Of a stretch of 64,000 nt of DNA, positions 46,583 to 59,223 are shown piece after piece. Each line of letters starts with the position of its first letter. Position 1 is the stretch's first letter. The translations under genes and the position numbers were made by a program. Under the pieces are notes generated by a model, which did no database searches, had not been told where the DNA came from, and was given only the letters and a program-made list of their open reading frames with translations. Source of the stretch: Flavobacterium sp. (GTDB lineage Bacteria > Bacteroidota > Bacteroidia > Flavobacteriales > Flavobacteriaceae); assembly GCF_003497625.1 (NCBI RefSeq), contig NZ_DNNO01000031.1; one strand, 5' to 3'.

Positions 46583-47929
46583 ATGGAAAAGCGTAAATTA
46601 GGTTTCTGGGAAATTTGGAACATGAGTTTCGGTTTTTTGGGAATCCAAATGGGTTTTGCCCTACAAAATGCTAACGCAAGTAGAATTCTTCAACTTTTTG
46701 GTGCCGATGTGCATGAATTATCATGGTTTTGGATAATTGCTCCTTTAATGGGATTAATTGTTCAACCGATAATCGGACATTATAGTGATAATACTTGGTC
46801 TAAATTTGGTAGAAGAAAACCCTATTTCTTGGCAGGAGCAATCCTAGCATCAGTTGGTTTAATTTTAATGCCACAAGCCGAAATTTTTATTGCCTTCATG
46901 CCTGCTCTTTGGGTCGGTGCTGGAATGTTAATGATTATGGACGCCTCTTTTAACATTGCTATGGAACCGTTCCGTGCTTTGGTAGGAGATAATTTAAGAG
47001 CAGACCAACATACTTTAGGTTTTAGTGTTCAAACCGCATTAATTGGAATAGGTGCTGTGGTAGGATCATGGTTGCCTTATGTTTTAACCAATTGGTTTGG
47101 AATCAGTAATCAACCTTCAGAAACTTCTGCTGTTCCATTAAACTTAATTTATTCTTTTATTATTGGAGCTATTATTTTAGTAGCTTCCATTTTAGTGACC
47201 ATTTTTACAACTAAAGAATATTCCCCAGAAGAGTTAGAACAATTTAGAGATGAGAAAGAACACAAAGAAGCAATTGGAGAAACCAAAGAAGCCAAACTTT
47301 CAGATGTTTTTTCAGATTTTGCTAAAATGCCTGAAACCATGCGTCAACTAAGTTGGGTACAATTCTTTTCTTGGTTTGGATTGTTTGGTATGTGGGTTTT
47401 TACTACTCCAGCTATTGCCCAGCACATTTATGGGTTGTCAGTGAATGACACCAAAAGTCCAGAATATCAATCCGCTGGAGATTGGGTAGGAATTATTTTC
47501 GGAGTTTATAATGCAGTTTCAGCCGTTGTTGCTTTTGCATTGCCTTACATTGCAAAACAAATTGGACGAAGAAAAACACATGCACTTTCTTTAGTTTTAG
47601 GAGGAATCGGATTAATATCCATGTATTTTATGCCAAACAAAGAAGCTTTAATCTTTTCAATGGTTTTAGTCGGATTTGCTTGGGCGAGTATTTTAGCTAT
47701 GCCTTACGCTATTTTGGCAGGGTCTATTCAGCCTAAAAAAATGGGTGTTTATATGGGAATTTTCAACTTCTTTATTGTAATTCCACAAATTATTAATGCT
47801 TTAATCGGTGGACCTTTAGTGAAATACGTTTATAACGATCATGCTATTTATGCTATCATGATGAGTGGTGTAAGTTTCCTATTGGCAGCCCTTTTGGTAT
47901 TAAAAGTTAAAGATCAAAAAGATATTTAG
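46583..47929 (+). CDS. MFS/GPH-type sugar transporter (probable maltose/maltodextrin importer)
   Basis: 12 predicted TM segments, and context upstream of pgmB and the GH65 gene. Confidence 0.85.
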   Translation: MEKRKLGFWEIWNMSFGFLGIQMGFALQNANASRILQLFGADVHELSWFWIIAPLMGLIVQPIIGHYSDNTWSKFGRRKPYFLAGAILASVGLILMPQAEIFIAFMPALWVGAGMLMIMDASFNIAMEPFRALVGDNLRADQHTLGFSVQTALIGIGAVVGSWLPYVLTNWFGISNQPSETSAVPLNLIYSFIIGAIILVASILVTIFTTKEYSPEELEQFRDEKEHKEAIGETKEAKLSDVFSDFAKMPETMRQLSWVQFFSWFGLFGMWVFTTPAIAQHIYGLSVNDTKSPEYQSAGDWVGIIFGVYNAVSAVVAFALPYIAKQIGRRKTHALSLVLGGIGLISMYFMPNKEALIFSMVLVGFAWASILAMPYAILAGSIQPKKMGVYMGIFNFFIVIPQIINALIGGPLVKYVYNDHAIYAIMMSGVSFLLAALLVLKVKDQKDI

Positions 47930-47932
47930 ACA

Positions 47933-48583
47933 ATGAAAAAAGTATTCATATTCGATCTAGACGGCGTAATCGTTGACACGGCTAAATATCATTTTTTAGC
48001 TTGGCAAAAGTTGGCCAATCAATTAGGAATCGAATTTACACACGAACATAACGAAGGTTTAAAAGGCGTGAGCCGTGTTCGTTCGTTAGACATTATTTTA
48101 GAATTGGGAAATGTACAAGCTTCCCAAGAAGATAAAAACCAATGGTTGGTTCAAAAAAATGAAGAATACCTTTCCTATTTAGTAGACATGGGCGAAAGCG
48201 AAATTCTTCCGGGTGTACTAAAAGTATTGGAATATCTGAAAAGTAAAAACCATTTCATTGCTTTGGGTTCGGCAAGTAAAAATGCGCGACCTATTTTAGA
48301 AAAAACCAATATCATGCACTTTTTTGATGCTATTGTGGACGGAAATGATGTTTCAAACGCAAAACCAGATCCGGAAGTATTTTTAAGAGCAGCACAATTG
48401 GTAGGGGTTTTTAATCAAAATGCTATTGTTTTTGAAGACTCGGTAGCGGGTATTCAAGCGGCAAATATTGCCAATATGATAAGTGTAGGAATTGGTGACG
48501 CCACCGTTTTACATGAAGCAAAGTACAATTTTAAAGATTTCACCTGTATTGATGAAGCCTTTTTATATCAATTAATTGGTTAA
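47933..48583 (+). CDS. pgmB: beta-phosphoglucomutase (HAD superfamily)
   Basis: HAD motifs FIFDLDGVIVDT, GSASKNA and FEDSVAGIQAA. It lies adjacent to the GH65 phosphorylase gene. Confidence 0.9.
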   Translation: MKKVFIFDLDGVIVDTAKYHFLAWQKLANQLGIEFTHEHNEGLKGVSRVRSLDIILELGNVQASQEDKNQWLVQKNEEYLSYLVDMGESEILPGVLKVLEYLKSKNHFIALGSASKNARPILEKTNIMHFFDAIVDGNDVSNAKPDPEVFLRAAQLVGVFNQNAIVFEDSVAGIQAANIANMISVGIGDATVLHEAKYNFKDFTCIDEAFLYQLIG

Positions 48584-48627
48584 GAAATTGACTAATTGAC
48601 ACATTAACAAATTGACATATTACAAAA

Positions 48628-50910
48628 ATGAATCAAGATTATATACAACCCGACAATTGGTCGATTATTGAAGAAGGATTTGATGCAGAGCGAGTTAAAT
48701 CTTCTGAAAGTTTGTTTAGTATCGGAAACGGTGCTATGGGGCAACGCGCTAATTTTGAAGAAAACTATTCAGGCAAAACGTTTCAAGGTAGTTACATTGC
48801 CGGAATTTACTATCCCGATAAAACAAAAGTAGGTTGGTGGAAAAACGGTTATCCAGAATATTTCGCAAAAGTATTAAATGCACCCAACTGGATTGGAATC
48901 GACATCGAAATCAATGGTGAAAATTTAGATTTGGCTAAATGTCAGTCGGTTTCTAATTTCCGTCGTGAATTGAACATGAAAGAAGGAATTTATTATCGTT
49001 CTTTTCAAGCAATTTTAGCAAACGGAACAGAAATCGCTGTCAAAGTAAAACGTTTCTTATCGTTAGATTTGGACGAAGTTGGAGTTATCAATTACGAAAT
49101 CACTGCTTTAAATTCGGATGCAAAAATTGTTTTCAAACCTTATGTGGATGCTGGAGTTCATAACGAAGACGCTAATTGGGAAGAAAAATTTTGGGAACCA
49201 ATCAGTGTAAAACACTCTGGAAATGAAGCATTCGTAACGGCTAGAACTTTCAAAACGCATTTCACAGCAACTACTTTCATGCAAAATAGTATTTTGTTAG
49301 AAGGTTCAAATTTGAGTGTGGCGCCAGTAAGCGTTCAAGAAACTAAGGAAAAAATTCAGTTTTCTTATGAAGTAGCGGTTACAAAAGGTCAAACAACTAC
49401 GATTCAAAAAATGGGTGGTTACACCGTTTCAATGAACCATGAAAACACAATTATCGGTGCCAAAAACAGCATCGCAAAAGCTTTGGAAATTGGCGTTTCA
49501 CAATTAACCGAAAACCAAAAAGAAGCTTGGGCTAAAATTTGGGAAATGAGCGATATTACTATTGATGGCGATGTAAAAGCACAACAAGGAATTCGTTTCA
49601 ATATTTTCCAATTGAATCAAACTTATTTAGGAAAAGATTCAAGATTAAATATTGGTCCAAAAGGATTTACTGGAGAAAAATACGGAGGTTCTACTTATTG
49701 GGACACAGAAGCATATTGTATTCCATTTTATATGGCTACCAAAGATCAACAAGTTGCTAGAAATTTATTAGCATATAGATACAACCAATTCGACAAAGCC
49801 ATCGAAAATGCTGAAAAATTAGGTTTCAAAAATGGAGCTGCTCTTTATCCAATGGTAACCATGAATGGAGAAGAATGTCACAACGAATGGGAAATTACTT
49901 TCGAGGAAATTCATAGAAACGGCGCCATCGCTTTTGCCATTTACAACTACTACAGATTCACTGGAGATTATTCCTATATTCCAGAAAAAGGCTTAGAAGT
50001 TTTAATCGGAATTGCGCGTTTTTGGCATCAAAGAGCTACTTTTTCAACGTACAAAACTCAGTATGTGATTTTAGGAGTAACAGGTCCAAATGAATATGAA
50101 AACAACGTAAACAATAATTTCTACACCAATTATATTGCAAAATGGTGTATTGATTATACAGTTGAGCAAATCAACAAAATTGAAAACGAATACCCATCGG
50201 ATTATACCCGAATCATGAATAAAGTGAAATTATCACAAGCCGAAATTTCAGAAATGAAAAATGTGGCTGATAATATGTATTTTCCTTATTCCGAAGAACA
50301 CGGCGTATATTTACAACAAGATGGATTCCTAGATAAAGAATTAATCACAGTGGCCGATTTAGATAAATCGCAACGCCCAATCAATCAAAAATGGTCTTGG
50401 GATCGAATTTTACGTTCGCCTTACATTAAACAAGCGGATACATTACAAGGATTCTATTTCTTCGAAGATCATTTTACCAAAGAACAATTAGAAAAACATT
50501 TCGATTTTTACGAACCGTTTACCGTTCACGAAAGTTCGCTTTCGCCTTGTGTGCACTCGATTCAAGCGGCTGTTTTGGGTAGAATGGAACAAGCGTATAC
50601 GTTTTATTTAAGAACTTCACGTTTAGATTTAGACGATTACAACAAAGAAGTTGAAGAAGGATTACACATCACTTCTATGGCGGGAACTTGGATGAGCATT
50701 GTTGAAGGTTTTGGCGGAATGCGTGTTAGAAATAATCAATTGCATTTTGAACCAAAAATTCCAGCGCAATGGAAAGGCTATTCCTTCAAAGTAAATTTTA
50801 GAAATACCATTGTAAAAGTAGAAGTAAAACAAGAAGGAACAAACGTTTCTATCGAAGGAAATTCAGATGTGGATGTTTTTGTAAACGGAGAATCGCAATT
50901 AATTAAATAG
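48628..50910 (+). CDS. GH65 maltose (alpha-glucoside) phosphorylase
   Basis: 760 aa with the GH65-like segment KGFTGEKYGGSTYWDTEAY. It is paired with pgmB. Confidence 0.9.
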   Translation: MNQDYIQPDNWSIIEEGFDAERVKSSESLFSIGNGAMGQRANFEENYSGKTFQGSYIAGIYYPDKTKVGWWKNGYPEYFAKVLNAPNWIGIDIEINGENLDLAKCQSVSNFRRELNMKEGIYYRSFQAILANGTEIAVKVKRFLSLDLDEVGVINYEITALNSDAKIVFKPYVDAGVHNEDANWEEKFWEPISVKHSGNEAFVTARTFKTHFTATTFMQNSILLEGSNLSVAPVSVQETKEKIQFSYEVAVTKGQTTTIQKMGGYTVSMNHENTIIGAKNSIAKALEIGVSQLTENQKEAWAKIWEMSDITIDGDVKAQQGIRFNIFQLNQTYLGKDSRLNIGPKGFTGEKYGGSTYWDTEAYCIPFYMATKDQQVARNLLAYRYNQFDKAIENAEKLGFKNGAALYPMVTMNGEECHNEWEITFEEIHRNGAIAFAIYNYYRFTGDYSYIPEKGLEVLIGIARFWHQRATFSTYKTQYVILGVTGPNEYENNVNNNFYTNYIAKWCIDYTVEQINKIENEYPSDYTRIMNKVKLSQAEISEMKNVADNMYFPYSEEHGVYLQQDGFLDKELITVADLDKSQRPINQKWSWDRILRSPYIKQADTLQGFYFFEDHFTKEQLEKHFDFYEPFTVHESSLSPCVHSIQAAVLGRMEQAYTFYLRTSRLDLDDYNKEVEEGLHITSMAGTWMSIVEGFGGMRVRNNQLHFEPKIPAQWKGYSFKVNFRNTIVKVEVKQEGTNVSIEGNSDVDVFVNGESQLIK

Positions 50911-50913
50911 TAA

Positions 50914-53031
<2,118 letters not shown>

Positions 53032-53039
53032 TAAAAGCT

Positions 53040-54875
53040 ATGAAAAAAATAATTTTCTCACTAATTACCTTATTTACACTTTCGCTTTCGGCACAAATTG
53101 ACCGAATGGAACCACCTTTTTGGTACGAAGGCATGAATAAAAGCGAAGTTCAAGTATTATTTTACGGAAAGAATATGGGTCAGAATTCGGTAACTGTTTC
53201 AAACAATGTAGTAATTACGAATGTAACTAAAACCGAAAATCCAAACTATCTTTTCGTTACAATTGATACCAAAAATATAAAAGCGCAAGAATTGCAATTT
53301 ACGTTTACCAATGGTAAAAAATCATTCAAAAGAAATTTCGAAATCAAAAAGAGAAGACCCAATTCGGCGATTCGTAAAAGTTTTGATGCTTCTGATGTGA
53401 TGTATTTATTGATGCCGGATAGATTTGCAAACGGAAATCCAAATAACGATTCGTCACCAGAACTACAAGAAAAAGCGAACAGAAGTTTGCCAGGCGGACG
53501 ACATGGTGGAGACATACAAGGAATCATCAATAATTTGGATTACATCAAAGAATTAGGGGCAACGGCAATTTGGAGTACACCTATGTGTGAAGATAACGAC
53601 AAAGGCTATTCGTATCATACCTATGGACAATCAGATGTGTATAGAATTGACCCACGTTATGGAACCAACGAAGAATATAAAAAGTTAGCCGATGAAATGC
53701 ACAAACGTGATATGAAATTAATCAAAGATTACGTTACGAATCATTGGGGAGCCGAACATTGGATGTTTAAAGATATGCCAACCTACGATTGGTTTCATCA
53801 ATTTCCAGGTTACAAACAAAGTAACTATCGCATGACAACGCAATACGACATTAATGGTTCAAAACGCGATGCTAAATATTGTATGGACGGTTGGTTTGTA
53901 CCAAGCATGCCCGATTTAAATCAGTCGAATCCTTTGGTGTTGAATTATTTAATTCAAAATGCGATTTGGTGGATTGAATATGCGGATTTAGATGGTTTCC
54001 GTGTTGACACTTATTCATACAACGACAAAGAAGGAATCGCAAAATGGACAAAAGCGATTACTGATGAATACCCATATTTCAATATTGTAGGTGAAGTTTG
54101 GATGCATGATCAAGCCCAAATTTCGTATTGGCAAAAAGATAGTCCAATTGCTAAAATTCAGAGTTACAATTCGTATTGTCCAAGTGTAATGGATTTTACC
54201 TTGCACGATGTTTTTGGAAATGTTTTCAACGAAGACAGAGCCGATTGGAGCAACGGAATGATTAAATTTTACGAGAATTTCGTTAATGATTTTTTGTATG
54301 CCGACCCAAATAATTTATTGATTTTCTTAGAGAATCATGATACAGGTCGTTTCAATCAAATTTATCAAAACGATTTCAAAAAATACCAATTAGGAATGAC
54401 CATAATGGCAACCATGAGAGGAATTCCGCAATTGTACTACGGTTCTGAAATTGGAATGGCGGGCGATAAAGGAAAAGGCGATGCCGACATTCGTCAAGAT
54501 TTCCCTGGAGGATGGAAAGGCGATACAAACAATGCTTTTTTGACAAACGGAAGAACTGCAGAACAATCAAAATATTTCGATTTTTCTAAAAAAGTATTAA
54601 ATTGGAGAAAGAACAAAGAAGTAATTCATACTGGAAAATTAACGCACTATATTCCTGAAAACAATGTGTATGTGTATTTCCGTCACAATGATAAGGAAAC
54701 GGTTATGGTAGTAATTAATAACGCTCCAGATACACAAAAGCTAAATTTAGAACGTTTTCAAGAAAGTATCAAATTATTTACTTCAGGAAATGATATTCTT
54801 TCAGGAAAAACAATCGATTTGAAAAGTGAATTATCGATTGAAGGGAAATCATCTATGATTTTAGAATTAAAATAA
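53040..54875 (+). CDS. GH13 alpha-amylase/neopullulanase-type enzyme (SusA-like)
   Basis: GH13 conserved regions DGFRVDTYSY, GEVWMHD and FLENHDTGR. A signal peptide is present. Confidence 0.9.
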   Translation: MKKIIFSLITLFTLSLSAQIDRMEPPFWYEGMNKSEVQVLFYGKNMGQNSVTVSNNVVITNVTKTENPNYLFVTIDTKNIKAQELQFTFTNGKKSFKRNFEIKKRRPNSAIRKSFDASDVMYLLMPDRFANGNPNNDSSPELQEKANRSLPGGRHGGDIQGIINNLDYIKELGATAIWSTPMCEDNDKGYSYHTYGQSDVYRIDPRYGTNEEYKKLADEMHKRDMKLIKDYVTNHWGAEHWMFKDMPTYDWFHQFPGYKQSNYRMTTQYDINGSKRDAKYCMDGWFVPSMPDLNQSNPLVLNYLIQNAIWWIEYADLDGFRVDTYSYNDKEGIAKWTKAITDEYPYFNIVGEVWMHDQAQISYWQKDSPIAKIQSYNSYCPSVMDFTLHDVFGNVFNEDRADWSNGMIKFYENFVNDFLYADPNNLLIFLENHDTGRFNQIYQNDFKKYQLGMTIMATMRGIPQLYYGSEIGMAGDKGKGDADIRQDFPGGWKGDTNNAFLTNGRTAEQSKYFDFSKKVLNWRKNKEVIHTGKLTHYIPENNVYVYFRHNDKETVMVVINNAPDTQKLNLERFQESIKLFTSGNDILSGKTIDLKSELSIEGKSSMILELK

Positions 54876-54881
54876 AAAATT

Positions 54882-56324
54882 ATGGTAAAGAAAATAATCA
54901 TTGCATTAGTTGCGATGTTGGTTATCGGATGTAAAAACGAGAACAAACCATCAGCAACAGAAATGCCAAAAGAAATAGCTAAATTTTCTCCTGAAGTGGA
55001 AGAAAGTTCTGTTATTTATGAAGTAAATATCCGTCAGTATTCACCAGAAGGAACTTTCAATGCATTTACTAAAGATATTCCACAATTAAAAGAATTGGGA
55101 GTAAAAATCATTTGGGTAATGCCTATTTTTTCAATTTCTCAAACCAAAAGAAAAGCTACTGGTGGCGATGAAAGTAAGTTTGCTTCAGAAATGCCAAAAG
55201 GAGAGCAACACAAATATTTAGGCAGTTATTATGCAGTTTCTGATTTCAAAAAAGTAAATCCAGAGTTTGGAACAATTGAAGATTTCAGAAATTTAGTAAA
55301 AACAGCTCATGATAATGGGATTTATGTAATCTTAGATTGGGTTCCAAATCACACCGGTTGGGATCACGTTTGGATTAAAGAACATCCAGAATATTACACT
55401 AAAAATGCTAAAGGGGAAATCATAGACCCAATCAATCCAGAAACAGGAAAGTCATGGGGTTGGTCAGATGTTGCGGATTTAAACTACGACAATCAAGGAT
55501 TGCGTGAGGCAATGACCGCAGATATGTTGCATTGGATCAAAAACGAAAACATTGATGGATTCCGTTGCGATGTAGCTAGTAATGTGCCTTTAGATTTTTG
55601 GCAAAAAGCAATTCCGCAATTGCGTAAAGAAAAGAATATTTTCATGTTAGCAGAAGCTTGGGAACCTGAATTATTAAAAGGAGGTTTGTTTGATATGGCA
55701 TATGGTTGGGAAGCTCATCACACCATGAACAGAATCGCTCAAGGAAAAAATTCAGTAAAAGAATGGGATGCTTATATTCAAAAGGTAAATAAAGATTATG
55801 AAGCGAATGACATTTTAATGAATTTTGTGGATAATCACGATGAAAATTCATGGAACGGAACGATTAAAGGAAGATTAGGTAAAGGAGAAGAAGCAATGAC
55901 AGCTTTATCTTATGTAATGCCAGGTATGCCTTTGATTTACAGCGGAAATGAATATGGTTTGAATCACAGTTTGAAGTTTTTCGAAAAAGATTCTATTCCA
56001 AAAACAAAAGGAAAAGATTGGGAATTACGAGCAAAATTAGGAAAGCTTAAAACTGAAAATACAGCTTTAAATGGAGGGAAAAACAAGGCTAAATATACTC
56101 GAATTAAAACGGATGACGATACCAATATTTTAGCTTTTACTCGTGAGAATGAGGGTAAAAAAGTAGTTTATATCGCGAATTTTTCAAACAATCCAATAAA
56201 AACCAAAGTTGAGATTAAGGGTGAATTCACTAATTATATGACAGGAGAAAAAATGAAACTAAATGAAAAGCAAATTTTTTCTATGGAGCCTTGGCAATAT
56301 TATATTTTGACGGAAAAAAATTAA
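54882..56324 (+). CDS. GH13 alpha-amylase lipoprotein
   Basis: Lipoprotein signal (LVIGCKNE). GH13 regions DWVPNHTG, DGFRCDVASNVP, LAEAWEP and FVDNHDEN. Confidence 0.9.
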   Translation: MVKKIIIALVAMLVIGCKNENKPSATEMPKEIAKFSPEVEESSVIYEVNIRQYSPEGTFNAFTKDIPQLKELGVKIIWVMPIFSISQTKRKATGGDESKFASEMPKGEQHKYLGSYYAVSDFKKVNPEFGTIEDFRNLVKTAHDNGIYVILDWVPNHTGWDHVWIKEHPEYYTKNAKGEIIDPINPETGKSWGWSDVADLNYDNQGLREAMTADMLHWIKNENIDGFRCDVASNVPLDFWQKAIPQLRKEKNIFMLAEAWEPELLKGGLFDMAYGWEAHHTMNRIAQGKNSVKEWDAYIQKVNKDYEANDILMNFVDNHDENSWNGTIKGRLGKGEEAMTALSYVMPGMPLIYSGNEYGLNHSLKFFEKDSIPKTKGKDWELRAKLGKLKTENTALNGGKNKAKYTRIKTDDDTNILAFTRENEGKKVVYIANFSNNPIKTKVEIKGEFTNYMTGEKMKLNEKQIFSMEPWQYYILTEKN

Positions 56325-56344
56325 AAGATAATGTATTAGTTAAG

Positions 56345-56412
56345 TGTATTGCTTCAGATTTAGTGATGAGTTTTTTTCAAATAAACAAAATATCAGCAAT
56401 CTTTTTCAAAAC
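56345..56412 (+). mobile_element. diverged solo copy of the IS1-family left-end unit
   Basis: tgtattgcttcagatttagtgatgagtttttttcaaataaacaaaatatcagcaatc aligns with 34606.. of the IS left end. It lies 20 nt after the amylase stop codon. Confidence 0.45.
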
Positions 56413-56455
56413 AAAAGATAAAGTTTTATCTTTGAGAACTATAAAAAAGTAAAAG

Positions 56456-56953
56456 ATGAAAAAGCAATTAATTTTAGCAATTATAATAGGTTCAACGTTG
56501 TTCGTTTCTTGTAAAAAAGATGAAGAAGTAAAACCAGTTGAAGAAACACAACAACAAACCCAACCTTTTTCAGGTGAAGCTTGGTTAAAACAACGTGTTG
56601 GCAATCAAGGGCAAGTACAACAGCAAGCTGTTCAACAACAAGCACAACAAACAACTCAAGCACAAACCCAAACGGCTCCTGGAATGAATCCGCCACATGG
56701 TCAACCGGGTCATCGTTGCGAAATTCCTGTTGGAGCACCTTTAAATTCAAAACCAGCAGATAAAAAGCAACCTCAAATAACAACTCAAGTTGTTAATCAA
56801 AAACCAGTTGAAAAGCCTGTGATGAAAATTAATTCGGGTAACAGTTCAACAACTATCGTTGGTTCAACTACACCTCCCGGAATGAATCCTCCTCACGGAC
56901 AAGAAGGTCATCGTTGTGATGTGGCAGTTGGTGCACCTTTGCCTAAGCAGTAA
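56456..56953 (+). CDS. Gln-rich lipoprotein with two PGMNPPHGQxGHRC(D/E)xxVGAPL motifs
   Basis: Lipoprotein signal (LFVSCKKD). The two motif copies lie at 56678-56743 and 56876-56941. Confidence 0.7.
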   Translation: MKKQLILAIIIGSTLFVSCKKDEEVKPVEETQQQTQPFSGEAWLKQRVGNQGQVQQQAVQQQAQQTTQAQTQTAPGMNPPHGQPGHRCEIPVGAPLNSKPADKKQPQITTQVVNQKPVEKPVMKINSGNSSTTIVGSTTPPGMNPPHGQEGHRCDVAVGAPLPKQ

Positions 56954-56974
56954 ATGGGATTTTTTAATGAATAA

Positions 56975-58174
56975 TTAACGTAACAGTTTTTTATTTACAG
57001 TTCCCGAAGCTATCCAGGAAGAAACTAATCCGAGAATTACAATAGTCATAATTACAATTACCATGTTTTGCCACTCAAAAAGAACAGGATAAGGCATGGT
57101 AGGTGTAATCATGATGAATGAAAAATGTTGTTGAAGTAGGATTATTCCTGTTGCTAATCCTAAACCAATAACTAATCCAAACAAGGTAATGATTATTCCT
57201 TGAGTAAAAAATATAGTACGAATTGACGTTTGTGTAACGCCAATATTGTATAGTGTTTTGAGATTGTCTCTCTTGTCAATGATAATCATTACAATTGCAC
57301 CAGCTAGACAAAATAGTGTAAGAATAACCACTAATGTGCTGAATAAATAAATGAATAAGTTTTCAGATTGTAGCATTTTGTAGAGCGAGTCATTAAGTTG
57401 TGCTCTGTTTTTTATTTTTATGGCCTTTCCAAAAATAGAAGTTAGTTCTTCTCTAACTTGATTTTCGTTGGCGGTTGGTTTCAATTTGATTTCAAGATTG
57501 GTAATTTCACTATCTTTTATACCTAAAAAATTTTGCGCCAAATCAATAGAACAAAAAACATATTTACCGTCTAATTCCTCATTTATAGAGTAAATTCCAG
57601 AAGGAAATAATAAAACTTTATTAAAAGCTTCGTTTGGGTTTTCGATATTTCCTTTTCCTGGTTTTGGAGCATAAGCTTCCAGTCCATTGTTATAATCAAA
57701 TAATCCTAAGCCCAATTTTCTGCTAATATCAGCGCCAACAACTACATTTTCTGAATCGGTTTCAAACCATTCTCCGGCATACAAATGATTGTTGAAATCG
57801 GTTACTTGTATAAAATGATTGTCAACTCCTTTTATATGTGCCACCAATTCTTTGTTGTTGTACATAAAGTAAACACGCTCTTCAATGATTTTGCTGTAGG
57901 AAGAAATGTGATTGCTTTTTTTTAGTAATTCTTCTTGTTTTGGGTCAACCAAAAAAGTTTTACCTGTACTAGTTTCAATTCGTAAATCTGGGTCAGAAGC
58001 ATTAGCAAAATTCAAACTGAATTCTTTCAAACCACTAAAAACCGATAAGAAAACAAAAAGCGCCATCGTACTTGCTATAATTCCAACAGAAGCAATTCCT
58101 GTGATGATGTTAATTGCTTTGTTTTTACTGAAACTAACAGCATATCGTTTGGCTATGTAAAAGGAAAGGTTCAA
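56975..58174 (-). CDS. FtsX-like ABC transporter permease (LolC/E family)
   Basis: 399 aa with an N-terminal TM segment, a large periplasmic loop and three C-terminal TM segments. It lies adjacent to rbfA. Confidence 0.8.
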   Translation of the reverse strand: MNLSFYIAKRYAVSFSKNKAINIITGIASVGIIASTMALFVFLSVFSGLKEFSLNFANASDPDLRIETSTGKTFLVDPKQEELLKKSNHISSYSKIIEERVYFMYNNKELVAHIKGVDNHFIQVTDFNNHLYAGEWFETDSENVVVGADISRKLGLGLFDYNNGLEAYAPKPGKGNIENPNEAFNKVLLFPSGIYSINEELDGKYVFCSIDLAQNFLGIKDSEITNLEIKLKPTANENQVREELTSIFGKAIKIKNRAQLNDSLYKMLQSENLFIYLFSTLVVILTLFCLAGAIVMIIIDKRDNLKTLYNIGVTQTSIRTIFFTQGIIITLFGLVIGLGLATGIILLQQHFSFIMITPTMPYPVLFEWQNMVIVIMTIVILGLVSSWIASGTVNKKLLR

Positions 58175-58175
58175 A

Positions 58176-58568
58176 TTACGATTTCTTTCTTTTTTCTAAT
58201 AAATCTGGATTCTCAATAGGATTTTCATCACCAGTTAAGGCTTTGTCAATTTTCTCGATGTAATCTAAACTGTCATCGATATAGAAAATCAAATTCGGAA
58301 CTTTACGTAATTGATTTTTTACACGTTGCGCTAAATCGTGTTTAATAAGCGGAGCATTGCTTTTAACTGCTGCTAAAATTTCTGGTGCTTTATCTGTAGG
58401 GAATACACTTAAATGCACTTTTGCAATTGATAAATCAGAAGTTACATTTACTTTTGAAACCGAAATTATTAAGTTGTTGATGTTATTTTTACGGATTTCA
58501 CCTTGCAAAATCGAAACCAAGTCGTTTTGTAAAAGTGCTCCTATTTTTTTTTGTCTATTTGTTTCCAT
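58176..58568 (-). CDS. rbfA: ribosome-binding factor A
   Basis: ORF 58176..58583. The likely start is METNRQKKIGALLQNDLVSILQGE (ATG at 58568), which is a typical RbfA N-terminus. Confidence 0.9.
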   Translation of the reverse strand: METNRQKKIGALLQNDLVSILQGEIRKNNINNLIISVSKVNVTSDLSIAKVHLSVFPTDKAPEILAAVKSNAPLIKHDLAQRVKNQLRKVPNLIFYIDDSLDYIEKIDKALTGDENPIENPDLLEKRKKS

Positions 58569-58688
58569 GATGCAAAAATACATAAAAATTCATCAAGGCG
58601 TATTCTTTTGCATTTATATATAAAAGTCTTTAAAAAATCATTCGTTGTTTTTTGTTAACTTTGTTTGTACTTAAAATCATGAAATTAA

Positions 58689-59090
58689 ATGAGAAAAATT
58701 GAACATATAGGTATTGCGGTAAAGAGTTTAGAAGTGTCTAATGCTTTGTTTGAAAAATTGTTTGGACAACCACCATATAAGGAAGAAGAGGTGGCTAGCG
58801 AAGGAGTTAAGACTTCTTTTTTTATGAATGGGCCAAATAAAATAGAATTATTAGAAGCAACAAATCCAGAAAGCCCAATAGCTAAATTTTTAGAAAAAAA
58901 AGGAGAAGGAATCCATCACATCGCTTTTGACGTAAATGATATTAATGAAGAAGTTGTTCGATTAAAAAAAGAAGGTTTTGTGGTTTTGAATGAGATTCCT
59001 AAGAAAGGTGCTGATAATAAATTGGTTGTGTTTTTACATCCAAAAGGCACAAATGGCGTGCTAGTAGAGCTTTGCCAAGAAATAAAATAA
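58689..59090 (+). CDS. mce: methylmalonyl-CoA epimerase (VOC/glyoxalase family)
   Basis: 133 aa with IEHIGIAV, GIHHIAFDV and LHPKGTNGVLVELCQ. Confidence 0.8.
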   Translation: MRKIEHIGIAVKSLEVSNALFEKLFGQPPYKEEEVASEGVKTSFFMNGPNKIELLEATNPESPIAKFLEKKGEGIHHIAFDVNDINEEVVRLKKEGFVVLNEIPKKGADNKLVVFLHPKGTNGVLVELCQEIK

Positions 59091-59149
59091 AGTTTTAAAA
59101 AAGATTTGTTTGCCATAAAAATTAGTCTTAATATTGCAACTTCAATACT

Positions 59150-59223
59150 GGTCCTATAGCTCAGTTGGTTAGAGCACCTGACTCATAATCAGGTGGTCCC
59201 TGGTTCGAGCCCAGGTGGGACCA
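59150..59223 (+). tRNA. tRNA with CAU anticodon (Met, or Ile2 if lysidine-modified)
   Basis: Hand-folded cloverleaf. Acceptor GGTCCTA/TGGGACC, D arm GCTC-AGTTGGTTA-GAGC, anticodon arm CCTGA-CTCATAA-TCAGG, variable loop TGGTC, T arm CCTGG-TTCGAGC-CCAGG, and discriminator A. C4:G69/C5:G68 and the TGGTC loop resemble E. coli ileX as I recall it. Confidence 0.9.

Noticed and set aside
56481-56783. Overlapping ORFs (56481..56783 minus, 56581..56763 plus, 56377..56604 minus) in the Gln-rich region
   Set aside because: They are artefacts of the CAA/CAG-rich low-complexity coding sequence of the lipoprotein gene 56456..56953.
59150-59223. tRNA gene as an integration site for a genomic island
   Set aside because: No integrase lies adjacent, I saw no direct repeat of the tRNA 3' end nearby, and the flanking genes are housekeeping.
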